Positions 34,082 to 43,845 of a DNA stretch of 64,000 nt are shown in pieces. Position numbers and translations under genes: made by a program. How positions within the stretch are numbered: the first letter of the stretch is position 1; the number at the start of each line of letters is the position of its first letter. The notes under the pieces are model-generated. The model did no database searches. It was not told where the DNA came from and was given only the letters and a program-made list of their open reading frames with translations. The stretch lies in assembly GCA_049513975.1 (NCBI GenBank), contig JBEKVM010000001.1, positions 7,836 through 71,835 of the forward strand, given 5' to 3'. This stretch comes from Verrucomicrobiota bacterium (lineage in GTDB: Bacteria > Verrucomicrobiota > Verrucomicrobiia > Limisphaerales > Palsa-1400).

Positions 34082-34131
34082 GGGAGCACACGCGCCCCCG
34101 CGTGTCGCGGGCCGCGCCTCGCGGCCCGCAT
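34082..34131. repeat. REP-like double hairpin (family C) between convergent genes
   Basis: gggagcacacgcgcccccgcgtgtcgcgggccgcgcctcgcggcccgcat. Confidence 0.8.
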
Positions 34132-34150
34132 TCGGCGCGCAGCGCCGACA

Positions 34151-34534
34151 CTACATCGCCCCGTCTGCGAAATCACTTCCCGCGGCGGCGGCCGGCTTTG
34201 CCGCCTGACATTTCTTCTCCGACTTCAAACGGCGCAAGATCGCCTCGGCAGTAAAGTGTTCCAGCCATAACCGCTCGCGCGTGGCGGTGGCCCATTCGTT
34301 TGGCTCGTTGCCATAAACCAGGTCAATGTCGCGGATGCTTTGCAGACTCTCCTCCATGTCGTCCCTCAACCGCCGCTCCGCATCCGGCAGGTCGCGCATC
34401 GCCGCCACGGAACGCTCCACAAACCCCGCGTCCACCAGACCCGGCCTCGCCCAATCCCCGGCTGGAATGTGAAACGGACCGCGCGGCGGCGGCAAGGTGA
34501 ATTCCAGTTGTGCCGCATTTTTCATGTTTTCCAA
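34151..34534 (-). CDS. Hypothetical 127-aa protein, translationally coupled to the upstream RM enzyme gene
   Basis: Its start overlaps the methyltransferase gene stop by 13 nt. No recognisable motif. Confidence 0.5.
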   Translation of the reverse strand: MENMKNAAQLEFTLPPPRGPFHIPAGDWARPGLVDAGFVERSVAAMRDLPDAERRLRDDMEESLQSIRDIDLVYGNEPNEWATATRERLWLEHFTAEAILRRLKSEKKCQAAKPAAAAGSDFADGAM

Positions 34535-37500
34535 TCGAATGTGTTCGCCTTCACGCTCCGGTAATTGGCATCCAGTTCCGGCTGGAGCAGAATCAGCGCC
34601 GCGATGCGCCGGGCCGTATGCGTCACCTCGCGCGCTTCGTCCGGCGTGAGCGCGCGGCCCAGCAAGCCAAATTCACGATAGCTCAACCACTTCTTAATGA
34701 CCTGATAACCGCCGATGGTGTAGTCCCAGACCTTTTCCGGCACATTGCTCCAACAAGCCGAGTTGTTCAGATAAATGTCGTGCGTGACGGTGCCAAGCAT
34801 TGTAGCGGCGTCTCTATGAGCGCCGCCATCCACCCGGCCGTCACCGACCGCCGCTGCCGCCGCCAATTCCTCCGCCGAGTAGCTTCGTGTTTGCATCTTG
34901 CCCTTGCCCGGCATCGTCACCCCGTTCTGCCCCGCGTGCCCCCAGCCGGCGGTGAGGGAAAGGTTTGCAGTCGAGGACAACACGGCAATCGTCTTCAGTT
35001 CCGGGCGAACATTTCCGTTGGCAACGCCGGCCAACGGCGTTTCGGTGTCGAGCAACGCGGCAATTTGTTTGCCCAATTCCGCCGAGGCCAGCAAAAGGGC
35101 CTTGGAATCGGGCAACGGAATGCGCGGCCAATCCTGCCGGATGCCGTCAGCATTTTCCGCGAGGTACGCCGGCGAATAACCGATGGCAAGCGCATGCATC
35201 CAAATCAATGCCGCCATGTCTGCATCATCGGGATTCTTGATGCCGAAGTTGGCAAGATAGGCGCGGGCGGCAACTGATAGGTTGGCGGTAATTTTCTCCC
35301 TGCCCGCTTTGTAAGCAGGAGCAGCCTCTTCGAGTACGCTGGCCATCTCGCCGTTGCCATCGTCTTTTTTGTTTGGCTTGCCTTTCGCCGCCGCGCGCAG
35401 TCGCATTGGAATTGCCACAGCATCAGGCGTCAAATAATGATCGTCACACAAACAGGCTGTGTAACTCATTGGCGCGCCTTCAGGGCTCCGGGGGCAATTC
35501 ATGCGGGTGAGTAGAAACGAGTTTCCTTTCCAAGATTGCTTCCAAAGCGTTGGCCGCGGCTCATTCCACAGCGGGCGTTCCGAACTGTAGTAGCACCAGC
35601 GCGTGTCAAACGGGCGGAGCGCATAACGAAGTAGATGGTTCGGTTCAAAATCTTCCGCAGCCCTCACTTTCTCTCTGGCCTTCTTCGCGTCAAATCGGGC
35701 GGCGTCTTCCGTCAGCCCGGTTTTCAAAGCCTTCAAATCGTCCCAAGAAAAATTCGGGTCGTAATAATCGCGCAGGCGTTTTTCTAGAGCCGCGCGATCG
35801 AAATCAATCAGGGCACCTGCCCTCTTTTCCATCAAACCATTGCTCGGAGTTTCGACGCCAAGTTCGGTCAAACGCGCCCACCCGTGATAATCTCCAGCGA
35901 CATCAGAAGGGCAAAAAGAAAAACGATTGTTCTTCTCCGGTACAATTTTTTCATACTGCTTGGCAAATTCCGTCGCCTTCAAGCTGTCGAGCATCTCCGC
36001 GCGCTTTTCCGCGCCCCAGAACTGACGAAAGAAAACCCGAGGCTGCTTGGTCCGTTTCGGTTTCCGCACCATTAATCCAATCGCTGTCCCGACGCGGATG
36101 CCTTCGCGGTTGTATTCGGTCGAAAAAACCGACGGGTCGGGTTTGCCCTCCGGCGTGAGTTTGCCGGTTTCACGACTGTCGCCATTCAAACAATCAAACC
36201 AAAGTGAATCGAATTCTTTCAGGAACCGCCGGCGCATGACTACGAAAGACGGGTCGCCCAAGTACGAAAAGTTGGAGATGAAGCAGACGATGCCTTTGCC
36301 GGTCTTTTCTGCGATGCGTCGCTCCGCCAAGCGAAAGAAACGAACGTAAAGATCATCGAGATTGAACTTCTTGATGCCCCATTCCTGGATCAAACCTTCT
36401 TTGTATGGCTCGACCAAGCCTTGCTCCTCCGCCGGGCTGATGCCCGCGTAGGCGTTGTAGGGTGGATTGCCGAGAACGACCAGAATCTTCTCAAGCTTCA
36501 CTCTGCCCGCGCCTGTGCGCTCGGCTTCCAGTTCCGGCCAGTTGGCGAGCTTGGGATTCTCTCCGGCAAAATCCCAGCCGGTGAGCGCATTGGTCAGAAA
36601 AATTCCGGCGCGTTCGTTTTTCGCATCATCCAGCGGCACGGCGAGGTTTTGCAACAGCAACCCCATTTGCAAATGAGCCACCACGAAAGGCGCAGGCATG
36701 ATTTCAAAACCAAAGACACGATTTTGCGCGGCTTCTTTCACTGCGAGTTCCGCCAGCGCCCCTTCGCCTTGTTCTTCTTTGAGAGTGCGGGCAATTACTC
36801 GCAACACCTCCACCAGATATTTGCCGGTGCCGCAGCAAGGGTCGAGCACGAACACGCGCGGGTCGGCCAGGCCGCCGGGGATGTCCAGTTCCTCCCGCAA
36901 CACCCTGTCCACCCGCGCCACCTGATATTGCACAATCTCCGGCGGCGTATACCACACTCCCAGTTGCTTGCGCAGTTCGGGATCGAAGGCTTCCAGGAAC
37001 GGTTCGTAGAAATACTGCACGGCGTGGTCTTCCACAAACCGTTCAAAGAACGCGGCATGGTCAACCCGGTTGAGCGCGGCCGCCGTCCAGTCGAGAACTT
37101 CCACCAGTCCGAGCGGGCCGAGCTTGGCCGGCGTGGCCACCTGATCGAACAAAGCGGAAATCATCGGCACATGGAGCGTCCAGGCGGCGGATTTCCAATC
37201 GAAATCGTTTTTGCGTTGCGGTTTTTCCTTGCGCCAGAGCACCCACGCGGAAAAGACGCCGTAAAATAAAGTTTGGACCAGGGTGGAGCGGAAGAAGTGT
37301 TCGCCCTTCGCCGCCTCGAACTTCATCCCCAGCGCTTCTTCCAAAGCGGTGCGCACCGCGGCCAGCGCCGGCAAATCCCCCGCGCCCTCGACCCGCGACC
37401 GGGCATCGCGTGCGTAGGAGGCCAGGAAAAAAGCCACGTCCTTGGGGTTCTTTAATTCCGCGTTGGACAGGAGAACGCGCTTGAGGAATTCAGCAAAGCG

Positions 37501-38004
37501 TTCGCCGAGTTCGTTGGCGGCTTTGCGCGGCTGCGCGGCAATCTCCCAGAAAGTTCTTTCGTCGGGAGCAAGCCGGAACGATTCCAGCCGGATGGGCTGG
37601 CCGTTGTCACCGCGTTTCAGGAGCAGAAAACTTCGGTAGTTCGTCACCAGCACCAGCCCGTAACGCATCACATAGGCGCGGACTTGCTTGGTGCCCGCGA
37701 TGTCTTCAACCTCGGCATCGGTGGCCTTGACTTCGATGACGCCGCGCGAGGGCAGCGGGATTCCCAGGAGCGGAGCTTCTTCGTCCGTGTTCTCGAGTTG
37801 GTCGGCAGTGAACAGCCCGCCGTCCGGCAGTCCCGCGCCGCTGTTCTTCACATGGATGAAACAGCGGACTTTGGGTTTAAGCGTGTGACCGACGGCATTG
37901 AGGAGATTGGCCAGCGCGCCGTAGCCGGAAGTTTCCTTGACGACCGCGCCGGAGGAACGAATGGCGCGCAATTCGCCGAGGTAGGTTTCGAGGGCGTCGG
38001 TCAT
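34522..38004 (-). CDS. MmeI-like (type IIL/IIG) single-chain restriction-modification enzyme: PD-ExK nuclease, gamma-class N6-adenine methyltransferase and target-recognition domain
   Basis: N-terminal PDGGLF...GVIEVKAT...YGLVLVTNYRSFLLL (compare MmeI D..IEMKS..YVLVCDFQRFRL). SAM motif VLDPCCGTGKYL, catalytic GNPPYNAY, C-terminal WDYTIGGYQVIKKWLSYRE. Start is ATG 38004 or 38049. Confidence 0.8.
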   Translation of the reverse strand: MTDALETYLGELRAIRSSGAVVKETSGYGALANLLNAVGHTLKPKVRCFIHVKNSGAGLPDGGLFTADQLENTDEEAPLLGIPLPSRGVIEVKATDAEVEDIAGTKQVRAYVMRYGLVLVTNYRSFLLLKRGDNGQPIRLESFRLAPDERTFWEIAAQPRKAANELGERFAEFLKRVLLSNAELKNPKDVAFFLASYARDARSRVEGAGDLPALAAVRTALEEALGMKFEAAKGEHFFRSTLVQTLFYGVFSAWVLWRKEKPQRKNDFDWKSAAWTLHVPMISALFDQVATPAKLGPLGLVEVLDWTAAALNRVDHAAFFERFVEDHAVQYFYEPFLEAFDPELRKQLGVWYTPPEIVQYQVARVDRVLREELDIPGGLADPRVFVLDPCCGTGKYLVEVLRVIARTLKEEQGEGALAELAVKEAAQNRVFGFEIMPAPFVVAHLQMGLLLQNLAVPLDDAKNERAGIFLTNALTGWDFAGENPKLANWPELEAERTGAGRVKLEKILVVLGNPPYNAYAGISPAEEQGLVEPYKEGLIQEWGIKKFNLDDLYVRFFRLAERRIAEKTGKGIVCFISNFSYLGDPSFVVMRRRFLKEFDSLWFDCLNGDSRETGKLTPEGKPDPSVFSTEYNREGIRVGTAIGLMVRKPKRTKQPRVFFRQFWGAEKRAEMLDSLKATEFAKQYEKIVPEKNNRFSFCPSDVAGDYHGWARLTELGVETPSNGLMEKRAGALIDFDRAALEKRLRDYYDPNFSWDDLKALKTGLTEDAARFDAKKAREKVRAAEDFEPNHLLRYALRPFDTRWCYYSSERPLWNEPRPTLWKQSWKGNSFLLTRMNCPRSPEGAPMSYTACLCDDHYLTPDAVAIPMRLRAAAKGKPNKKDDGNGEMASVLEEAAPAYKAGREKITANLSVAARAYLANFGIKNPDDADMAALIWMHALAIGYSPAYLAENADGIRQDWPRIPLPDSKALLLASAELGKQIAALLDTETPLAGVANGNVRPELKTIAVLSSTANLSLTAGWGHAGQNGVTMPGKGKMQTRSYSAEELAAAAAVGDGRVDGGAHRDAATMLGTVTHDIYLNNSACWSNVPEKVWDYTIGGYQVIKKWLSYREFGLLGRALTPDEAREVTHTARRIAALILLQPELDANYRSVKANTFDWKT

Positions 38005-38199
38005 GTCTTCCGCAAATGATTCTGAAATTCCCGCTTCATGTCCACGCAAAAGCGCGTCCTTCCCCTTCTACGGTCGCATTTAATCGTCCCCCCCATCTTT
38101 TTTGCTGCTTTCCCCGGCGCGCCGGCCTAAAATGTGAAAGTGAGGTTGAAGAAATGTGGTTTCAACGTAGCTTAAGTTTTGCAGGCTGAGAATTGAATC

Positions 38200-39186
38200 T
38201 TGAACTTTAAACCCGCCATCCTTCTCGCGCTGGCGTGCCTGGCCCCCGCCGGCGCGCTCGCGCAACAGCTCTTCACCGGCTCGGCCGAGATTTTGCCCGA
38301 ACAGGTGGACCGCATGTATCTCAAAGGCCTGGATTACCTGGCCCGCACCCAGGCGCCGGCCGGCAATTGGCCGGATGCAACCGGCGGGCCTGCGGCCATC
38401 GCCGGCCTGGCGCTGGTCAGCGTCCTGGCCCACGGGGATGACCCCAACTACGGCCCCTACTCGCTGACGATCCATCGCGGGCTGGATTATCTATTGAAGC
38501 ATCAGGACCAAAGGACCGGCTACATCGGCCCCAGCATGTACAATCACGGCTTTGCCACTTTGGCCCTGGCGGAATCTTACGGCGCGGTCAACGACGACCG
38601 GCTGGGGCCGGCATTGCAGAAGGCCCTGCGGCTCATCCTCACCTCTCAGGAGGCCAACGGCGCCAAGGCCTGGCGTTATTCGCCCGAATCCCGGGACGCC
38701 GACACCACGGTGAGCGGCGCGCAAATGGTGGCGCTGATGGCGGCGCGCAACGCCGGGATTCCGGTCCCCGAAAAAAGCATCCAGGACGGCCTGCGGTTCT
38801 ATTTCTCCGTCCAGACGCCGGATGGCGGCATCGGCTATGTTTCCCCCCAGGGTCCCAACGCCACCCGCACCGCCATCGGCTGTCTGGTCATGGCGCTGGC
38901 CAAGGAAAAGAACTCCACCGCCTTCCAGTCCGCCTTCCAATTTCTGAGGAACGCGGGCAACGACATGCAATATCCCGCCTATTTTCGCTACTACGCTTCC
39001 CAGGCTTACTTTCACGCCTCGCCGGAACAGTGGAACAATTGGAACCACGACAACATCAAAACCCTGCGCGCCAGCCAAAACGCGGACGGGAGCTGGGACG
39101 GGGCGTTCGGGAGCACTTTTAACACGGCCGGCTCGCTGCTGTCCCTGGCGTTGAATTATCGCTACCTGCCCATCTATGAGCGCTGA
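38200..39186 (+). CDS. Exported prenyltransferase/squalene-oxidase repeat (terpenoid cyclase fold) protein
   Basis: TTG start with signal NFKPAILLALACLAPAGALA. Repeated GxW/alpha-alpha toroid motifs (PAGNWPD, GAKAWRY, DGGIGY, ADGSWDG). Confidence 0.75.
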   Translation: MNFKPAILLALACLAPAGALAQQLFTGSAEILPEQVDRMYLKGLDYLARTQAPAGNWPDATGGPAAIAGLALVSVLAHGDDPNYGPYSLTIHRGLDYLLKHQDQRTGYIGPSMYNHGFATLALAESYGAVNDDRLGPALQKALRLILTSQEANGAKAWRYSPESRDADTTVSGAQMVALMAARNAGIPVPEKSIQDGLRFYFSVQTPDGGIGYVSPQGPNATRTAIGCLVMALAKEKNSTAFQSAFQFLRNAGNDMQYPAYFRYYASQAYFHASPEQWNNWNHDNIKTLRASQNADGSWDGAFGSTFNTAGSLLSLALNYRYLPIYER

Positions 39187-40684
39187 CCGATCTGCGCATT
39201 TGCTCCTGGCGCTTTGCTTCAGCATGGCGACGGCCGCTCCGGCCTCGGATGATCTGTTGCAATTCCTCGACGGGGCGGTTCTGCACGGGGCTTTGCAAAG
39301 CGTGGATGCCTCGCACGGGCTGCGCTGGCAGCATCCCGATGCGAAAACGCCGTTTGATTTAATGCCCGCGCATGTGGATTACGTGCGCTTTCCGCAGGCC
39401 AAATCGCTGGCCCTGACCCCCTCCTGCCATATTCGGTTCGCCGGCGGCGACGATTTGTTCGGCTCTCTCATTTCCCTGGATGGGCAGACCATGCAATTCA
39501 GCACCTGGTTTGGCGGAACGATGAAAATCCCGCGCGCGGCCATCCAAACCATCACCTTTCTGCCCAAAAACTATTCCATCGTTTATGAAGGGCCGGCCGA
39601 TGCGTCCGAGTGGACCATCTCTACCGCCAGGCAAAATATCCGCCTCGGCGGCGTCAACGGGCGCATTCTCAACGGCAACATCGTGATCATGGGAGGCGGC
39701 CAGTTGGTGATTGGCGGGAACACCTACACCGCCGCGCAACAAGGGCCGCCCAACTGGACTTATCGGGACGGATCTTTTGTCACCGCCGGGGCCGCCATTT
39801 TGGGCCGCAATTTCAACCTCACCGGCTCTTCCACCATTGAATTCGATCTGGCCTGCGACGGCCCTTTTAATCTGACCCTGGGCCTCTACAGCGCGTCGCT
39901 GGAGCGGGTCGAGGCGCAGTACACCGTCCCGCGCAACGCCACTGCTGTCAACAATACTTCAATCGTGGTCGAGCTGGACAACGGCCAAATTTCCCTGCTC
40001 CGCGCCGGGCGCGGCTGGGAGCCTAATGCCCAGCACACTGGAGCCCTGACGAATTTTGAGACCCGCGGCAAACCGGCCCGCGTCACCCTCAATTGCAACG
40101 CGGAGGAAGGCAGCCTGGCCGTGCTGGTGGATGGCGCGGAAGTGAGACGCTGGACGGACCTGGGCAACTTCAACGACTTTGGAACCGGCTTTGTCGTGCA
40201 AAACCAGCCCACCGGCAGCACGGTCAAGTTGAGCCGTTTCAAAATCAGCAAGTGGCAGGGCCGGTATGAACCGGCCATCGCCGCCGCCGGCGCCACCAAT
40301 GCCGACCTGCTTTCCTTCATCAACCGCGACAAGGCCGGCGGAAGAATCGAAGGCATCACCGGCGGGAAGCTGGACGTGGACCTGGGTGGAAACATCCTGC
40401 ACATCCCCTGCGAGCGGGTGCGGCAGATTGATTTTGCCCAGTCCAGCGCGGTGGCCGAACCCCGCGGCCCGTGGGAGGTGCGCGCCGTCTTCCCGGGCGG
40501 CGGCAGTGTTTCCTTCCAATTGGAAAAGTGGGACGACACCGCCATTGCCGGGCACAGCGCGCTGTTCGGCGCCGTGGCCTTCCAACCCGGCTCCATCCGT
40601 CAAATGGAGTTTAATCTGGACCGGCCCAGAACCGGACCCGCCGCCGCCTCCCCGGAGAACGAATTCGATGCGCTGGACCAATAA
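39176..40684 (+). CDS. Exported hypothetical protein (paralogue 1 of a tandem pair)
   Basis: Signal peptide MSADRSAHLLLALCFSMATAAPA. Shares an N-terminal module and a jelly-roll-like module with the next gene. Confidence 0.6.
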   Translation: MSADRSAHLLLALCFSMATAAPASDDLLQFLDGAVLHGALQSVDASHGLRWQHPDAKTPFDLMPAHVDYVRFPQAKSLALTPSCHIRFAGGDDLFGSLISLDGQTMQFSTWFGGTMKIPRAAIQTITFLPKNYSIVYEGPADASEWTISTARQNIRLGGVNGRILNGNIVIMGGGQLVIGGNTYTAAQQGPPNWTYRDGSFVTAGAAILGRNFNLTGSSTIEFDLACDGPFNLTLGLYSASLERVEAQYTVPRNATAVNNTSIVVELDNGQISLLRAGRGWEPNAQHTGALTNFETRGKPARVTLNCNAEEGSLAVLVDGAEVRRWTDLGNFNDFGTGFVVQNQPTGSTVKLSRFKISKWQGRYEPAIAAAGATNADLLSFINRDKAGGRIEGITGGKLDVDLGGNILHIPCERVRQIDFAQSSAVAEPRGPWEVRAVFPGGGSVSFQLEKWDDTAIAGHSALFGAVAFQPGSIRQMEFNLDRPRTGPAAASPENEFDALDQ

Positions 40685-42131
40685 GCCCTTCCGAAACATC
40701 CGGTTTAAGCCCTTCCGAAACATCCGGTTTAAGCCATTATTCTCCGCTTGCCTCTTGCTGGCCGCGCCCCTGCCCGCCCCCGCCGCGGATTCGACCAACT
40801 CCGCCCGCGACACCCTGCTGCTGTGCAACGGCGACTCGCTGGACGGGAGTTTGCTCTCCATTGAAGCGCGCCATGGTCTGCTCTGGAAACATGCGGACGT
40901 GGCCGAACCGGTTGAATTCAAGCTGGAGCGCGTTTCCCAACTGGACCTCCACCCGCCCGCACCCCCGGACCGGGGCACCAACTATCCCTGCAAAGTGTCC
41001 CTGACCCAGGGCGACGCGCTGGAGGGAAGCCTGGTTTCCTGCACGCGGGACACCCTTTGCCTCCAGACCTGGTATGCCGGTCAACTAAAAATTCCGCGCA
41101 AACAAGTGCAATCCATTTATTTCTTCCCAACCACGCCGGATCTCTTCACGCTCACCGGGCCGGAGGGCTGGGCCCAAGGCGCGGTGACGGGGGCATTGGC
41201 CGGGGTGGGGCCGGGCATCGAGGCGGGCCAATGGACCTTTCGCGATGGGGCGTTTTATGCCGGCAAGTCCGCTTCCATCGCCCGCGACCTCAAGTTGCCG
41301 GACACGGCCGACCTCCAGTTCGACCTGGCCTGGACCGGGAGCCTCACCCTTTCCGTCGCCCTCTATACCGATTCACTTCAGCCGGTCCTCATCGCCGACA
41401 AGGATGCCGCGCCTAAATTTGGCGCCTTCTACAGCATGCGCTTTCAACCCTTGTTTGTTGACGTGGCGCGGATCAAGCAGAAGGTGGAGGTGGTTTACTT
41501 TCCGCCGGCGGTCGTGCCCGCCTTTTCTCAAACCAACCGCGTCCACATTGATATCCGCGCCCGCAAGAAGTCCAACACCCTGGCGCTGATGGTGGATGGG
41601 CAGTTGCTCCAGGTCTGGAACGACACCAATGGATTTGTCGGAGAAGGCACCGGCGTGCGCTTCGTCCACAACGGCATGGGCCAGGTCAAAGTCAGCAACC
41701 TCCGCCTGGCCCCTTGGGACGGCGTTTGGGAGGCCGATCAAACCAACATCCCCCCCTCCGACCAGGATGTCGCCTGGCTCACCAACGCCACCACCCTGGC
41801 CGGCGTGATGGAATCGCTGGCCGACGGCAAGCTGACGCTGCGCGGCAAACGGGACAAAGTGGAGATTCCGCTCGGGCGGGTGCAACGCCTGGCCTTCGCG
41901 CCGACGCAGGAGGAGCCGGCCAAGGAATTGCCCGGGACCGTCCATGCCGTTTTCGCGCATGGCGGCCCGGTCACTTTTCAATTGGAAAGCTGGGCGGCCG
42001 ACGGAGTGACCCTGCGCAGTCCTGTTTTTGGCCAGGCCAAGTTCGACCCGAACGCCTTCCGGCGGCTGATCTTTCGCCCCCTGGACGCCGCCGCCGGCGA
42101 TGCCACCAACAACGGAACCGGTTTGCGTTAG
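40668..42131 (+). CDS. Exported hypothetical protein (paralogue 2)
   Basis: ATG at 40668 overlaps the upstream stop. MRWTNKPFRNIRFKPFRNIRFKPLFSACLLLAAPLPAPA signal. DSLDGSLLSIEARHGLLWKH versus DGAVLHGALQSVDASHGLRWQH in paralogue 1. Confidence 0.6.
   Translation: MRWTNKPFRNIRFKPFRNIRFKPLFSACLLLAAPLPAPAADSTNSARDTLLLCNGDSLDGSLLSIEARHGLLWKHADVAEPVEFKLERVSQLDLHPPAPPDRGTNYPCKVSLTQGDALEGSLVSCTRDTLCLQTWYAGQLKIPRKQVQSIYFFPTTPDLFTLTGPEGWAQGAVTGALAGVGPGIEAGQWTFRDGAFYAGKSASIARDLKLPDTADLQFDLAWTGSLTLSVALYTDSLQPVLIADKDAAPKFGAFYSMRFQPLFVDVARIKQKVEVVYFPPAVVPAFSQTNRVHIDIRARKKSNTLALMVDGQLLQVWNDTNGFVGEGTGVRFVHNGMGQVKVSNLRLAPWDGVWEADQTNIPPSDQDVAWLTNATTLAGVMESLADGKLTLRGKRDKVEIPLGRVQRLAFAPTQEEPAKELPGTVHAVFAHGGPVTFQLESWAADGVTLRSPVFGQAKFDPNAFRRLIFRPLDAAAGDATNNGTGLR
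40685..40732 (+). repeat. Perfect 24-bp tandem duplication inside the signal-peptide coding region
   Basis: gcccttccgaaacatccggtttaa x2, encoding (K)PFRNIRF twice. Confidence 0.9.
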
Positions 42132-42271
42132 CTTGTATGCGTCTAAGCGGCCACGTCTTGCGCGTCGCCCATGCCATAGCTCCAAAATCACTTCCGCGCT
42201 CGTTTGTTGCCGAGGCGACCAAGGGTATCAATCGGGCGCCAGCCCAACCCATTGGCGGTGTGTTGGGCCGA

Positions 42272-43639
42272 TTACCGGTGCGGCATATCCGGACGAACAG
42301 CGTCGGTGGTAACATTGATGTTCAAACGATTCGAGGCGATCGAGGGCGCGACCCCGAGCGAACGCCGCACTTCCGCCGGAAGCTCCCACAGCCGATAGGG
42401 CGTTTCATCCATTTTCGCTTTGAACGTTTTGCCGAGAGACGTCCAATGCCTCGCCACCGGGGCCAGGAAGTTGCCGATTCTCCGTCGCGCCACGCCCGGT
42501 TGGGTGCCAAGGCGGCTCCCCCAAGTCCACAGCCCCCCGTCCTCAGTCAAAACTAAAGCTGTTTGCGGAGGGAATTTGCTGCCACGGGAGCTTTTTGGCG
42601 GCGCATCGGACCATGCTGCAAACCAGGACGGAAGGCATTCTGGCGAAACCGCATTGGTACCGTTGATCATCCTGCACACCCACCAACTGCCGTCTTGTTT
42701 GGCGGCGAAATACGAAGGCCATCTGACCTCGATTGCCTTCCAGTCGTGATCCCGTCCGATTTGTGCCATCGTCTCTGACCGAGAGATGGAAATCGTTTTC
42801 CGCCAGATCGTTCCGTCCGACTTGAGCGCCATCATTTCAAACTCAGCGGCCGCGACCATCACCCAGTTTGTCCCGGGGTCGAGTTGTCGGGGCGTGGTTT
42901 GGACCTTGCCATCGATATCTCCCCAAGCCCAGAGGGTGCCGTTTGTCTTCACCGCAAAGCTTGTCTGTTGGCTGGCTGCGATGGTCTGCCAATCGTAATC
43001 CGAGCCGATCCTCGTAGGGATTCTCAGTGGTTGGGTCGTGCCGTCGCCCAGTGCGCCCCTGTCATTATAGCCCCATGCCCAAAGTGAACCGTCATTTTTC
43101 AACGCCAGGCATTGGCGCACGCCCGCCGCCGCTTGAATCCAATTGGTTGCGGTGCCGATGCGTGTCGGCGTTGAATAATCTCCGTTAGTGAGTTGCTGAG
43201 TCAAACCCCAACCCCAAAGCGAGCCGTCGTCCTTCAGGCCGAGCGCTTGCACCCTGCTCCCCGTCAGCTTCAACCAACCGCTGTCCGACCCGAACTGCCG
43301 GGGAGTTGCGGTCAGGGCAAAACTACACGCCGGACCGGATAGTCCCCAGCCCCAGAGAGAACCATCCGGCGCGAGAAGCCATGCCTCACCGACACCTACA
43401 ATCACGGAAAGTTGCGGCCTGACCTTTCCCGCCGGCAATGCTCTCCCCACCCAAATCCCCGTGGACTGCGGCCAATATTCCAACGCCAGCAGCACGATGA
43501 GAACAACAGCGGTCACCGCTGCGCATCGTGTGAGCCGTTTTCTGAGAGCCGGTCGCACACCACCGACACTATCCTCACCCGTTCCCACAGGCAAGCCGCC
43601 TGTCCGTAACCTTGGAGATGCGAAAGTGTGCAAGTGCAA
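42272..43639 (-). CDS. Membrane-anchored RCC1-repeat beta-propeller protein
   Basis: DGSLWGWG, DGSLWGWG, DGSLWAWGYNDRGALGDG, NGTLWAWG, DGTIWRK, GGLWTWG. The start is uncertain (TTG 43639 or GTG about 43558), and no ATG precedes the TM helix. Confidence 0.7.
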   Translation of the reverse strand: MHLHTFASPRLRTGGLPVGTGEDSVGGVRPALRKRLTRCAAVTAVVLIVLLALEYWPQSTGIWVGRALPAGKVRPQLSVIVGVGEAWLLAPDGSLWGWGLSGPACSFALTATPRQFGSDSGWLKLTGSRVQALGLKDDGSLWGWGLTQQLTNGDYSTPTRIGTATNWIQAAAGVRQCLALKNDGSLWAWGYNDRGALGDGTTQPLRIPTRIGSDYDWQTIAASQQTSFAVKTNGTLWAWGDIDGKVQTTPRQLDPGTNWVMVAAAEFEMMALKSDGTIWRKTISISRSETMAQIGRDHDWKAIEVRWPSYFAAKQDGSWWVCRMINGTNAVSPECLPSWFAAWSDAPPKSSRGSKFPPQTALVLTEDGGLWTWGSRLGTQPGVARRRIGNFLAPVARHWTSLGKTFKAKMDETPYRLWELPAEVRRSLGVAPSIASNRLNINVTTDAVRPDMPHR

Positions 43640-43738
43640 GTATCAGTTCCCACTTTTTAAACGCTCGAAAATGAAATGTAGGTGAATGCAAGTCCTCCGG
43701 GCCTTGCCCCGCAGCAACTCCAGGAAGAAAGGCTTTTG

Positions 43739-43815
43739 CCCGCAGATCACGCAGATGAACGCAGATGAAGACTTTTTATTTTCCCTATCTGCGTCAATCT
43801 GCGTGATCTGCGGGC
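43739..43815. repeat. REP family D full hairpin (about 29-bp arms)
   Basis: gcccgcagatcacgcagatgaacgcagat ... atctgcgtcaatctgcgtgatctgcgggc. Confidence 0.85.
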
Positions 43816-43845
43816 CATTCCGGATTCAGGCTCGGGTGGCGCGGC

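Noticed and set aside
34522-38049. The 1,175-aa methyltransferase as BREX PglX
   Set aside because: There are no brxA/B/C, pglZ or brxL genes within reach. The N-terminus carries a PD-ExK/MmeI-like module, which PglX lacks.
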